From positions 2,488-66,487 of the forward strand of contig JAACED010000005.1 of NCBI GenBank assembly GCA_011682695.1: 64,000 nt of DNA, in the 5' to 3' direction. A program made the translations under genes and the position numbers. Below the pieces are notes generated by a model. The model had not been told where the DNA came from, searched no databases, and worked only from the letters and a program-made list of their open reading frames with translations. Positions 28,127 through 38,243 of the stretch are shown here, one piece after another. The DNA comes from Gammaproteobacteria bacterium (GTDB taxonomy: Bacteria > Actinomycetota > Acidimicrobiia > Spongiisociales > UBA4744). The first letter of the stretch is position 1. Every line of letters starts with the position of its first letter.

Positions 28127-29029
28127 ATGAAGCGTGGAATTGCAGTTGCAGGTCTGGTGCTTTTGCTGGCAGGGTGCGCGTCGGGCACCAGCAGCGAGAT
28201 GCTGGACAAGAGCACACCTTTGCGGGAGCTTGCAGCAAGCGGTGCAGCGGAGCCGGGAGCCGAGCAGGTAACGAACGACCAGGTCACGAACGATCGCAAG
28301 ATCATCAAGAACGCCTCCATCGATCTCGAGGTGGCAGATCCGGAACAGGCAGCGCGCTCCGTGGCACGGCTGGCCGACCAGTTTGGCGGCTTTGTTTCGA
28401 ACGAGAGTCTGTACCGAGATGGCGACGGCGTGGACGAGATCACGTTCGCGCGACTCCAGGTTCGTGTTCCCGCCGATCGGCTGACAGAGTTCCTGGATGC
28501 GTTGAAGGCCGAGGCTGTCGACGTGCGATCCTTGAACATGACAGCGCAGGACATCTCGGAGCAATACAGCGACATCGAGGCACAGCTGCGCAACCTGCGC
28601 GCCTACGAAGACGAGCTGCGCCTGCTGCTCGCCGAAGTTCGGGATCGGCCGGAAGCGACGCCGGACGATCTGCTCAGCGTGTTCGAGAATATTCGCCAGG
28701 TCCGTGGTGAAATCGAGCAACTCGAAGGCAGGCAGCGACTGCTCGACTCGCAGGTGTCGTTGGCGACCGTCGATGTGACCTTGACGCCCTCTGAGGCCGT
28801 CGCACCACTGGCCAGGGAGGGATGGAGCGCCGGCTCGATCCTGCGCCAGGCAATCCGGGGACTCATCGTTGCGCTGCAATGGATCGCTTCGGCGGCGATC
28901 TGGCTGGTGGCCTTCTTCCTCCCGGTGCTCATCGTCATTCTCGTGCCGATTGCTCTGGTGTTCTGGCTGGTGATGTGGATCGTCCGCCGGCGCAGACTGC
29001 CGGACACGGATGGCAGTGACGGGACCTGA
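28127..29029 (+). CDS. DUF4349 domain lipoprotein
   Basis: Lipobox LAGC, RKIIKNASI, VRVP, DISEQYSDIEAQL, IEQLEG and C-terminal TM. Confidence 0.88.
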   Translation: MKRGIAVAGLVLLLAGCASGTSSEMLDKSTPLRELAASGAAEPGAEQVTNDQVTNDRKIIKNASIDLEVADPEQAARSVARLADQFGGFVSNESLYRDGDGVDEITFARLQVRVPADRLTEFLDALKAEAVDVRSLNMTAQDISEQYSDIEAQLRNLRAYEDELRLLLAEVRDRPEATPDDLLSVFENIRQVRGEIEQLEGRQRLLDSQVSLATVDVTLTPSEAVAPLAREGWSAGSILRQAIRGLIVALQWIASAAIWLVAFFLPVLIVILVPIALVFWLVMWIVRRRRLPDTDGSDGT

Positions 29030-29088
29030 AAACCGAGGGAGGGCCATCCCGTCGGGATGAAGTCCCCGGCACCGACTAGCGTGCGGCC

Positions 29089-30546
29089 GTGGTCTGGTTC
29101 GGTGCGCTCGCGTCTGCGGTCCTGTTGTGGCTCGCGTTTCCTCCTGTGGGTTGGGGAGCGATGGTGTTCATCGCTCCCACTCCACTGCTGTGGGGTCTGC
29201 GCCGGGCGAAGAGCCGCCGGGCGGCAGTCGGCGCCGTATACGTGTTCGGGATCGTCTTCTTCACTTCATTGCTGTGGTGGGTGGCGATCAGCACGCGCGT
29301 AGGCGCGGCGGTGCTGTTTCCGATCATGCCGCTGTATTTCATACCGCTCGGATGGGTCGTGTGGCGGACCCGCTCGTGGGCGCCCGGTCTCTGGTGGATG
29401 GTGGCCGTAGGCGGATGGGCGGCGACGGAGTGGGTGCGTGGCCACTGGCCGTTTGGGGGTTTCCCGTGGGGTTCGCTCGGCACCGCGGTCGGTGACGTTC
29501 CGGCCTTGCGGGCAACGGCGCAGTGGATAGGGGAGACCGGACTCTCGGTACTGGCGATCGGGATCGCTGCAGGACTCGTCCTCATGCTGGAACACAGAAG
29601 CGCCCGTTGGCTGGTCGGTGCCGTCGGGACCGGTCTGGTGCTCGTGCTCGCCGGATCTCTCTGGCCACCGCAGACCGATGGAAACGTCCTGCGCGTCGCG
29701 GTGATCCAGGGGTCGAGTCCATGCCCCGGCCGGTACTGCCTGGGTGAGAATCAGGAGATCTTCGACTCGCACCTCGCGTTGACACGCACCCTCGATGCGG
29801 GAAGTGTGGATCTCGTCATCTGGCCCGAGAGCTCTGCCCAATATGAGGCCGAAACGCTGACCAATCCGCAAAACGGCGAAGCAGTGGCCGCACAGGCGGT
29901 GCGATTGGATGCCTCGATTCTCGTTGGGTCGACCCGAGCCGTGGGAGACAGCGGATTCGTCAACGCGAACCTTCTCTACGGGCCGGACGGTGACGTCGTC
30001 GGCGAGTACACCAAGCGTCAGGGGGTGCCGTTCGGCGAGTACGTGCCGTTCAGGCGGTATCTGGGGTGGGTCAAGGAGATCGATCGTGTGTCCCGGGACT
30101 TGGTTCCCGGTGAGGGCTCTGTCGTGTGGGAACTCCCGGAGGGTCCGTTCGCGTCAGTGATCTGCTTCGAGGCCGCATTTCCCCGTCACGTACGCGAAGC
30201 GGTCCAAGCGGGGGCGAGATTTGTGGTGGTGACGACCAATGAGTCCGGCTATGGACGCACGGCAGCGACGCTGCAGTTCAGTGAGATGACCCGCATGCGG
30301 GCAGCCGAGAACGGTATCGACATGGTGCATGCCTCGATTACGGGCTCGAGCGCTCTGATCACCGCCGACGGGACGATCACCGATCGCACGCCGATCATGG
30401 AACCCGCCATTCTCAGAGGTGAGGTCGGATTCCGGACGCTGGGGCCAACTCTGTACACCCGCATAGGGGATTGGGTGCAACTGCTCGCGATCGCAGGACT
30501 TCTCATTGCCGTCGGTCTTGGCGTACGGCGAGAACGGGTGGAATAA
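29089..30546 (+). CDS. lnt: Apolipoprotein N-acyltransferase
   Basis: N-terminal TMs, GGFPWG, WPES, YTKRQGVPFGEYVP, ICFE and RMRAAE. Confidence 0.93.
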   Translation: MVWFGALASAVLLWLAFPPVGWGAMVFIAPTPLLWGLRRAKSRRAAVGAVYVFGIVFFTSLLWWVAISTRVGAAVLFPIMPLYFIPLGWVVWRTRSWAPGLWWMVAVGGWAATEWVRGHWPFGGFPWGSLGTAVGDVPALRATAQWIGETGLSVLAIGIAAGLVLMLEHRSARWLVGAVGTGLVLVLAGSLWPPQTDGNVLRVAVIQGSSPCPGRYCLGENQEIFDSHLALTRTLDAGSVDLVIWPESSAQYEAETLTNPQNGEAVAAQAVRLDASILVGSTRAVGDSGFVNANLLYGPDGDVVGEYTKRQGVPFGEYVPFRRYLGWVKEIDRVSRDLVPGEGSVVWELPEGPFASVICFEAAFPRHVREAVQAGARFVVVTTNESGYGRTAATLQFSEMTRMRAAENGIDMVHASITGSSALITADGTITDRTPIMEPAILRGEVGFRTLGPTLYTRIGDWVQLLAIAGLLIAVGLGVRRERVE

Positions 30547-30564
30547 CGCTGTTGGCGCTCGCGC

Positions 30565-31344
30565 TCATGGCCTTTCGGACGGTGCACCGAGGAGCTTCTC
30601 GATGATGGCAGGAACCGTTGAACCGGCCGGCCCGTCCACCCGAACGGCAGCGAGCTCGTCTCGGTCGGTCGGCCCGAGGTTGGCGATGACGAGCGGAGCG
30701 CCGCGAAACACGGGTTCGAGGACGAAGTCGACCGCGGGATATACCGAAAGCGTGCTTCCGATCGACAAGACGGCATCAGCCTCCTGGGACATCTGTTGTG
30801 CGCGGGCAACGGCGGCACCCGGCAGCAACTCGCCGAACAACACGGTGGTCGATTTGAGAATGCCGCCGCAGTGGAGGCAGTGCGGGTCGTCGTCGCCTCC
30901 GACGATCCGGTCGAGGATTTCCTCTGCAGACCAAACCGTCGCACAGGAGACGCAACGAACATGCCTCAAGTTTCCGTGGAGTTCGGCGATCTCGGTTTCC
31001 GGCAGGCCTGCCTTTTGGTGGAGTCCGTCGATGTTCTGGGTGATGCAACCGACCATTCGGCCGCTCTTCCACAGATCTACGGCTGCGTAGTGGGCCGGAT
31101 TCGGATGTAGGTCGCTGATGTTGAGATCCCCGGCGAGGTGGATTCGCCAAACTTCACGCCGGGCCTCGACGTCGGACAGGTAGCGGCCGATCTCGAACAG
31201 TGAAGGGTCGACTCGGGACCAGAGGCCGTCCGGGCCGCGGAAATCGGGGATGCCGGACTCGACGGAGATCCCGGCGCCCGTGAACACGAGGATGTGCTCG
31301 GCTCGACCGAGGATGGCGGCGGCTCGCTGGACGGACTCGTGCAC
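30565..31344 (-). CDS. cobB: NAD-dependent protein deacylase (sirtuin)
   Basis: TGAGISVESGIPDFRG, TQNIDGLH, ELHG, CxxC..CxxC and GSTLSVYP; GTG start inferred. Confidence 0.92.
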   Translation of the reverse strand: MHESVQRAAAILGRAEHILVFTGAGISVESGIPDFRGPDGLWSRVDPSLFEIGRYLSDVEARREVWRIHLAGDLNISDLHPNPAHYAAVDLWKSGRMVGCITQNIDGLHQKAGLPETEIAELHGNLRHVRCVSCATVWSAEEILDRIVGGDDDPHCLHCGGILKSTTVLFGELLPGAAVARAQQMSQEADAVLSIGSTLSVYPAVDFVLEPVFRGAPLVIANLGPTDRDELAAVRVDGPAGSTVPAIIEKLLGAPSERP

Positions 31345-31426
31345 GCCCAGCAAGATAGCGCATGGCCGGCATGTTTTCGCCCGATGGGCGGGTGTGGAGG
31401 CTTGACGGCCTGTAGCCTCGGCACTC

Positions 31427-32761
31427 ATGAGCACATGGGTTCACCGACAGCGACTCTCGACCCGGCACAAGGTGCTGTGGGCTTTTGGGACATTCGGCGT
31501 GTCGCTCTCGTACGAGGCGTTCATCGGCTGGGTGCAGTTCTTCTACCTCGACGTTCTTCGCCTCGCCCCTCTCGCGATGACGTGGGCCTGGGTGCTGTAC
31601 ACGCTGTGGAACATGGTCAACGATCCGATTGCCGGTCAACTCTCCGATCGTACGAGCACCCGCTGGGGCCGGCGTATCCCATGGATCATGGGGCTGGCGA
31701 TACCCTTGGGCATCAGCTTCGCGTTGATCTGGACACCGCCCGCCGGATTGGGGCTTGGCCTCGGAGGCGGCCTCTGGTGGTACTTCCTGATCGCCATTTG
31801 CGTCTTCGATGCGATGTTCTCTGCAATCACCATCAACTACGTAGCGCTGTTCCCGGCGATGTATCCGGAGCAGGGCCCGCGTGCCGCCGTGGCGGGGTGG
31901 CGGCAAGGGTTCGCGATCCTCGGTGTGATCGTCGGGGTGACGTTCGCCAAGAGTGTCGCGGATGCCGTCGGATGGGCGGCGATGGGGGTGCTGTTCGGAG
32001 CGTTGGCAAGCCTCGCGTTCTTCATCTCTCTCGGCGGGAGTTTCGAGCCTGCTCGTACGTCTGTCGCATCAGACGTTCCGTTCAAGACGGCGGTTCGGAT
32101 GACACTTCGCAGCGGTTCATTCCGATGGTTTCTCGTCATGTCGACCACTATCGAGTTCACGCTCATCGTCCTTCCCGCCGTTGTACCGCTGTTCGCCAAG
32201 TACGTGCTGGGGGAGAGCGATGGTCTTCGGCAGGGCCTGATCAGCGGTGTTGCATTCGTTGTCGCCATCCCTTCGTTCGCCTTGTGGACGTGGGCGGCCA
32301 AGCGGTGGGAGAGTCGTTCGGCCATCATCGTCGCGCTCGGTCTCTTCGGTATTCTGCTGATACCGCTCGGAGTGGTCCGGTCGTATGACCAGGCACTCAT
32401 TGCGGCGGCGGGACTCGGCGTCGGTCTGGCCGGACTGCTGATGCTGCGTGAAGTCATGCTGGCCGACGTGATCGATGAAGATGCCGCCCGTCACGGTGTG
32501 CGTCGCGAGGGGATGTTCTTCGGAATGCACGGGTTCGTCATCCGAGCGGCGTTCGCCTTCCAAGGCACGCTGATCGGCGGGATGCTGGCGATCACCGGTT
32601 ACGACCCTGCACTCGTCGCGCAGCCGCAGAATGTCGCGTTGGGACTCCGGATCCTCATCTCCGGCGCGCCGCTGATCGCAGTCCTCATCGCTGTCTACGC
32701 TGCGCGCCGGTACTCATTGCACGGGGAGCGTCTCGCAGCGGTGAAGGCGGCGACGCCCTGA
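31427..32761 (+). CDS. MFS transporter, GPH/melibiose-type (MFS_2)
   Basis: WNMVNDPIAG.LSDRT.TRWGRR.PW and ADVIDED...RREG. Confidence 0.9.
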   Translation: MSTWVHRQRLSTRHKVLWAFGTFGVSLSYEAFIGWVQFFYLDVLRLAPLAMTWAWVLYTLWNMVNDPIAGQLSDRTSTRWGRRIPWIMGLAIPLGISFALIWTPPAGLGLGLGGGLWWYFLIAICVFDAMFSAITINYVALFPAMYPEQGPRAAVAGWRQGFAILGVIVGVTFAKSVADAVGWAAMGVLFGALASLAFFISLGGSFEPARTSVASDVPFKTAVRMTLRSGSFRWFLVMSTTIEFTLIVLPAVVPLFAKYVLGESDGLRQGLISGVAFVVAIPSFALWTWAAKRWESRSAIIVALGLFGILLIPLGVVRSYDQALIAAAGLGVGLAGLLMLREVMLADVIDEDAARHGVRREGMFFGMHGFVIRAAFAFQGTLIGGMLAITGYDPALVAQPQNVALGLRILISGAPLIAVLIAVYAARRYSLHGERLAAVKAATP

Positions 32762-33519
32762 TGGATTGTGTCGTGCTCGCCGGCGGGGTGCCGATGCCGG
32801 GCGACAGCCTCTATCCGTTGACCCGGGGACTCCCGAAGGCGCAGGTCGAGGTCGCGGGCAGGACCGTCGGTCAGCGGGTCATCGACGCGCTGACGGACGC
32901 GGAGACGATCGATCATATCGTGATCGCGGGGATCGAGCCCGGGGTATTCATGTCTCCGAAGATCGTCGAGACGGTCCCGAATCGTGGCGGCCTCGTCGAC
33001 AACTTCATGGCGGGCGTCGACGTGTTGCTTGCCCGCGACCCCGACATGTCGATTGCCGCGGGCTGTACATCCGACGTCCCACTGCTGAGCGGGGCCATGG
33101 TCGACTGGTTCACCTCTGCAGCCGGAGCGCACGACGCGGTGGCCGGGGTGATCCGTCGCGAGGCCGTCGAGGCCGGTTACCCCGACTACCCGAACGAGTA
33201 CTGGCGTCTCACCGACGGTGAATTCACCGCGGCCGACTTCATCGTTTTCCGTCCGGCGTTGGCGGTTGACCTGAAGTCTCGCCTCGAACCGTTCGCCGGA
33301 GCGCGCAAGAACGCTCTGCAAACCGCGCGACTGATCGGATGGGGCCTCCTGTTCCGGTATCTGTTTCGGCGTCTCGGCCTCATGCAGGCGGAGAGAAGCA
33401 TCTCGAAGACTCTCGGACTCGGCCTCCGGATCCTCGACGTTCCTCATCCGGAGATGGGGCTCGATCTCGATCTCGTGGAACACGTTCCGGTATTGGAGCG
33501 TTGGGTGGCGAGGCGCTAA
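32761..33519 (+). CDS. MobA-like NTP transferase domain protein
   Basis: VVLAGG...PKA, SDVPLL and DLD; TGATG coupling to the MFS gene. Confidence 0.8.
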   Translation: MDCVVLAGGVPMPGDSLYPLTRGLPKAQVEVAGRTVGQRVIDALTDAETIDHIVIAGIEPGVFMSPKIVETVPNRGGLVDNFMAGVDVLLARDPDMSIAAGCTSDVPLLSGAMVDWFTSAAGAHDAVAGVIRREAVEAGYPDYPNEYWRLTDGEFTAADFIVFRPALAVDLKSRLEPFAGARKNALQTARLIGWGLLFRYLFRRLGLMQAERSISKTLGLGLRILDVPHPEMGLDLDLVEHVPVLERWVARR

Positions 33520-33573
33520 GGAACGCCGCCCCCATTGCCGATGGAGATGTGTAGCCACTCGTGAGGAAATGAC

Positions 33574-34911
33574 GTGAAGCCCATGCAACTCGCCGGTCCG
33601 ATCGCTGCCGCCTCCACGTTTCCCGACGAAGTGGGGAGAATCGCAGCAACCCTCCAGTCTGTTGCCGACCATCTGGAGCTTCGGATCCGTGAGATGGAGA
33701 CACTCGACCGCATCACGACCTTGATCAACGATGGTCTTCTCCTCGAGGACGTTCTCGAAAAGGTCTATGAGAGCTTTCGAGGAGTCATCCCGTACAACAG
33801 GATCAGCTTCTCACTGATCGAGGGTGATCGCGTGTTCGCCAAGTGGGTGAAGTCCGACCTTCCGACGGTGAAGCTCCTCGTGGGCTACTCGGCGGATCTG
33901 GAGGGAAGCAGCCTCCAAGACATCATCGAAACCGGGAAGCCCAGAATCATCAACGACGTGGGCGCGTACTACCGGTACAAGCCGGACTCGAAATCCACCA
34001 GGCTCATCTTCGAAGAGGGCATCAGGTCGTCGCTCACCTGTCCATTGACGAACAACGGGACGGCGGTCGGGTTCATGTTCTTCTCAAGTGTGGCCCGTAA
34101 CGCGTACACTCCCGACCATGTCGCAACATTTCTGCGCATCGCCTCGCAACTCTCGACCATCGTCGATCGCGGGCGCATGATGTCGGAGATAGCGTCGCGT
34201 GGGGCTGCGATCGAGGAGCAGAACAGGGAACTGGCTCGGCTGAACGAGACCAAGGATCGTTTCCTTGGCATGGCCGCCCACGACCTGCGTAACCCGGTCT
34301 CCATCGTGCTCATGGCGGCCGAGTATCTGGCAGCCTGTGCCGTGGATGAGGAGCATCGTATCTTCGTCGAAGATATCGTCCAGCAAGCCCGGTACATGCT
34401 CGAACTCATCAACGATCTGCTTGACGTGTCCCAGATCGAGTCCGGGGCGCTCGAGCTGTATCGCCAGGAGGTGGACCTCTACGAGTTCCTCAGCCTCGAG
34501 GTGAAACGACATAGGCAGCTGGCGAAGGGCAAAGGCACGACGGTCGAGTTCACGCCGAGCGAGGGCGGGCTCGTACAGGCCGATCCGGCACGCCTTCGCC
34601 AAGTGGTGGATAACCTGATTTCGAACGCTGTCAAGTACTCGCCTCCCGGCAGCAACGTGCGTGTCTCCGTCCACGAACTGTCTCCCGGGTGGAAGATTCA
34701 GGTCCAGGACGAAGGTCCGGGTGTCAACAGCGCCGATCGGGAACGGCTGTTCAGCTACTTCGGGAAGCTGTCCAACCGGCCGACCGGTGGAGAGGCGAGC
34801 ACCGGACTCGGGATGGCGATCAGCCGGCGGATCGTCGAAGCACACGGCGGCGAGATCGGGCAGGATCCCGCGCCCGGTGGCGGAAGCATCTTCTGGTTCA
34901 CCTTGCCCTAG
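33574..34911 (+). CDS. GAF-domain sensor histidine kinase
   Basis: IRSSLTCPL GAF segment, AAHDLRNP H-box, NLISNAVKYS, DEGPG and TGLGM. Confidence 0.93.
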   Translation: MKPMQLAGPIAAASTFPDEVGRIAATLQSVADHLELRIREMETLDRITTLINDGLLLEDVLEKVYESFRGVIPYNRISFSLIEGDRVFAKWVKSDLPTVKLLVGYSADLEGSSLQDIIETGKPRIINDVGAYYRYKPDSKSTRLIFEEGIRSSLTCPLTNNGTAVGFMFFSSVARNAYTPDHVATFLRIASQLSTIVDRGRMMSEIASRGAAIEEQNRELARLNETKDRFLGMAAHDLRNPVSIVLMAAEYLAACAVDEEHRIFVEDIVQQARYMLELINDLLDVSQIESGALELYRQEVDLYEFLSLEVKRHRQLAKGKGTTVEFTPSEGGLVQADPARLRQVVDNLISNAVKYSPPGSNVRVSVHELSPGWKIQVQDEGPGVNSADRERLFSYFGKLSNRPTGGEASTGLGMAISRRIVEAHGGEIGQDPAPGGGSIFWFTLP

Positions 34912-34965
34912 AGAGGCAGGCACCCCAAGCTCCACGTTCCGCCACCGGAGCGCCGACCGTGATGA

Positions 34966-36933
34966 TCAGAATCGCTCGAAAGCGACTCGTTCGAGCGTGT
35001 CGAAGTCGTGCACGGCAATTCCACCTTGGGTGATCGTGTAGATGTTCGGTCCGATCACCATCGTTCGAATGGGCGTCCAGCGCCACGGCTCGAGCCGTTC
35101 CAAGTCCTTCCCGGAGATGGGCCCGTCCTCGAAGGCACGCAACACCTTCTCGAAGGTGAGGTGCCTTCCGTCCACACGTACGGCGAGAACGCCGGTGTCG
35201 TACGAGGATCCATCACGTTCCCATCCTTCGTATGGGGTGAGTACGAGTCCGTTCCAGAACGTGAACGCGTGGTGGTCGTTTTCGGCCTGTGAGTAACCGC
35301 CGTCCATCGCCACCTGATCGATCTTGACGGGATGCGCAGGGTCGGAGACGTCGAACAGCGAGAGTTGCGTGCCCTTCGTCCTGCCGGTCTTGTCGGCGTC
35401 CTGGCCGAGTCCGAGGAGTAGACCTTCACCGACAGGGTGCAGGTACGCGGAGTACCCAAGGATCTTGAGCTCACCGACGACGCTCGGTCGTCTCGGATTC
35501 GACAGGTCGATCGTGTAGAGAGGGTCGGTCTGACGGAACGTCACGACGTACCCGATGTCGTCGATGAAACGCACCCCGAAGATGCGCTCGCCGCGTCCAA
35601 GACCGTCGATTCTGCCCACCTCGGCGAGCCGGTTGCCCTCGAGTTGCAGGATCGTCACCAGGCTCTCGGACTCATCGGACCACCACCAGCCTTGTGGGGC
35701 GGTCGTACTTGCCACGCGCAGTGATCCGTCGTACTCGTCCATCGAGAACTGATTCAGCAGAAACCCGGTGACTTCGCCACTGGCCACATAGCGAGGGCTG
35801 CCCGAGGTGTCGAACATGTGGATCTTGCTGCGATACCTCTCCGCTTCGTCCCTGATCTCGTTTTCCTCCAGCAGTCCCCAGTCCATCCACGGCTGGGTGG
35901 CCACGTAGACGTGCTCGGCCGTCGCATACAGCGTGCTTCCCGATGCAACGACACCCGCGTCGTCCCACGAGCCGATCCCGTCCTCGAGGTCGAAGGTCAG
36001 AATCGAGAGCGTGTTCAGACCAGAGAACTCATTGGGCGCCATCACCGACGAGCAGTCGAGCAGCCTGCCTTCGGTGGTGCGGCCGGCACTCTCGAGGACG
36101 TAGTAGGGCAGCCAGTTGTCGAGCTTCGAGTCTCGAACGATCTGCTGGTTCTTGGAGGTGGCGACCCGTTCGGATCGAAGCCCGGATCCCTCCGGATACG
36201 CCCAGTCGAAGCCAACCGGCGAAGAAGTGATCGCGACGGTTGCCCGAGAACCCACGAGGCGAGATGACACGTACCCGCCGTCCAGCCAGAGCGTCTGGAC
36301 GAGCTTGGGGCGGTACGGATCGGACACGTCCACTTGGGCCAGACGGGTCACGGCCGACTGTGGAGGCGCTATGCCCGTATCAAATGCCAGGGGTCGCGGG
36401 CCGCCCTGCCAGTCCTGGCCGATCAGTACGACGGTGTCGCCGAAGAGCAGCATCTGGCTTGGCCACCAGTCACGAAGCTCGAGGCTCCCCGCGATCTCGA
36501 CCCCATTGCTCTTCGGGAGCGCTATCTGCAAGGAACCGTTCACCAGAGCGAAGATGCGGTTGCCGTCGGTCTTGACGATATCTGCCTCGTCGACGCCTGC
36601 GACCTGCACATTGGTTCCGGAGTAGTCCTTTGTGCTGGATGCCTGGGTCGTCGAAGGCGACGTGATCGGGCCCGGTGCGCCGCGGACTGCGTCCTCTTCG
36701 AGGAAGGCGGGTCCGTACGGCCCATATCCCGGCAGACCGTATGGCCCCACGAGCGGTAGCGCCTGCTCGATGTAGTAATCGAGCAGATCGTCACACTGGC
36801 TGAAGCTGTGCAGCGCGGCACCGAATACACCGGGCGTGGTTGGTTGTGTCGTTGTGCTGCCCACGGTGCCGACCTCGGCACAGGCGGACATCAAGAGTGC
36901 AAGTACGGTGAGCAGGATCGTGAATCGGCGCAT
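34966..36933 (-). CDS. Secreted beta-propeller domain lipoprotein
   Basis: Lipobox LMSAC, TNVQVAGVDEADIVKTDG, LNQFSMDE, VTFRQTDPLY and GELKILGYSAYLHP. Confidence 0.9.
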   Translation of the reverse strand: MRRFTILLTVLALLMSACAEVGTVGSTTTQPTTPGVFGAALHSFSQCDDLLDYYIEQALPLVGPYGLPGYGPYGPAFLEEDAVRGAPGPITSPSTTQASSTKDYSGTNVQVAGVDEADIVKTDGNRIFALVNGSLQIALPKSNGVEIAGSLELRDWWPSQMLLFGDTVVLIGQDWQGGPRPLAFDTGIAPPQSAVTRLAQVDVSDPYRPKLVQTLWLDGGYVSSRLVGSRATVAITSSPVGFDWAYPEGSGLRSERVATSKNQQIVRDSKLDNWLPYYVLESAGRTTEGRLLDCSSVMAPNEFSGLNTLSILTFDLEDGIGSWDDAGVVASGSTLYATAEHVYVATQPWMDWGLLEENEIRDEAERYRSKIHMFDTSGSPRYVASGEVTGFLLNQFSMDEYDGSLRVASTTAPQGWWWSDESESLVTILQLEGNRLAEVGRIDGLGRGERIFGVRFIDDIGYVVTFRQTDPLYTIDLSNPRRPSVVGELKILGYSAYLHPVGEGLLLGLGQDADKTGRTKGTQLSLFDVSDPAHPVKIDQVAMDGGYSQAENDHHAFTFWNGLVLTPYEGWERDGSSYDTGVLAVRVDGRHLTFEKVLRAFEDGPISGKDLERLEPWRWTPIRTMVIGPNIYTITQGGIAVHDFDTLERVAFERF

Positions 36934-37043
36934 GGTTCCTCCGTTCGTTCGCCGCTTGGACGGCTCGAGGGGCCTGCCGGGTTCCCGGAACCGGCGGTGG
37001 GCGGCGATTGCGTCCCTGTGATGCCTGTGTGAGACTGGCGGCC

Positions 37044-38243
37044 ATGGCAACCTCAACCGAGCTTGATGCAGTACTCGAAGTCGTGCGCAGTTTCATCGAT
37101 CAGGAGGTCATTCCGGTCGAATCCAAGTTTCTCGCAGACGGTTTTGCGGGGGTCTTTCTCAAGCTGCAGGCACTCCGCCACCTGGTCAAAGAGATGGGTC
37201 TGTGGGTTCCTCATCTGCCGGAGGAGATGGGCGGCCCAGGGCTTTCGCTCGTCGAATTCGCACAGGTAAGCGAGCAACTCGGCCGGACTCCGCTTGGACA
37301 TTTCGTATTCAACGCCCAGGCTCCCGATGTCGGAAATATGGAGCTGCTGCTGGGTCACGGAAGCCCGGCACAGAAGCAGAAATGGCTGCTCCCGCTGATC
37401 GACGGCGAGATCCGGTCGTGCTTCTCGATGACAGAACCGGGCCGTGCAGGGTCGAATCCCACATGGCTGGCGACGACTGCGACGAGAGACGGGGATCACT
37501 ACGTGGTCAACGGTGACAAGTGGTTCACGTCTGCCGCCGAAGGAGCCGCGTTCACCATCGTCATGGCCGTGACGAACCCACAAGCTTCGGAACGTCATCA
37601 GAGGGCGAGCATGATCATCGTTCCCACCGACACTCCTGGTTTCGAGCTGGTGCGAAACACGTCCGTGATGGGGGAGGCCGGTTCAGGATGGGCGAGCCAT
37701 GCAGAGGTTGCGTTCACCGATTGCAGGGTGCCCGTGGAGAACCGGATCGGAGCCGAAGGTGCGGGGTTTGTCCTGGCACAGGAACGCCTGGGTCCAGGGC
37801 GCATCCACCATTGCATGCGCTGGATCGGCATCTGTGAGCGAGCCATCGAGATCATGTGCCGTCACGCGGTCGATCGGGAACTTGCTCCGGGGAGGCCACT
37901 CGCATCACGCCAGGTCGTCCAGCACTGGATCGCGGACAGCAGGGCAGAGGTGAACGCATCCCGACTGATGGTGCTCGACGCGGCGGCGAAGATCGAACGG
38001 GAGGGGAGCCGTGGGGCTCGCACCGAGGTTTCGGCAATCAAGTTCTACGTTGCCAACACGCTCGGCAGAGTTCTCGACAGGGCCCTGCAGACACTCGGTG
38101 GGATGGGAATGACCGACTACACGCCGATCGCCTTCTGGTTTCGACATGAGCGGGCCGCTCGCATCTACGACGGTGCCGACGAGGTGCACCGCAATGTCGT
38201 CGCCCGCACGGAACTGGCGAAGTACGGATATCAGGGTCGATGA
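37044..38243 (+). CDS. Acyl-CoA dehydrogenase (ACAD10/11-like)
   Basis: APDVGNME, CFSMTEP, GDKWF, QERLGPGRIHHCMR and RIYDGADEVH. Confidence 0.94.
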   Translation: MATSTELDAVLEVVRSFIDQEVIPVESKFLADGFAGVFLKLQALRHLVKEMGLWVPHLPEEMGGPGLSLVEFAQVSEQLGRTPLGHFVFNAQAPDVGNMELLLGHGSPAQKQKWLLPLIDGEIRSCFSMTEPGRAGSNPTWLATTATRDGDHYVVNGDKWFTSAAEGAAFTIVMAVTNPQASERHQRASMIIVPTDTPGFELVRNTSVMGEAGSGWASHAEVAFTDCRVPVENRIGAEGAGFVLAQERLGPGRIHHCMRWIGICERAIEIMCRHAVDRELAPGRPLASRQVVQHWIADSRAEVNASRLMVLDAAAKIEREGSRGARTEVSAIKFYVANTLGRVLDRALQTLGGMGMTDYTPIAFWFRHERAARIYDGADEVHRNVVARTELAKYGYQGR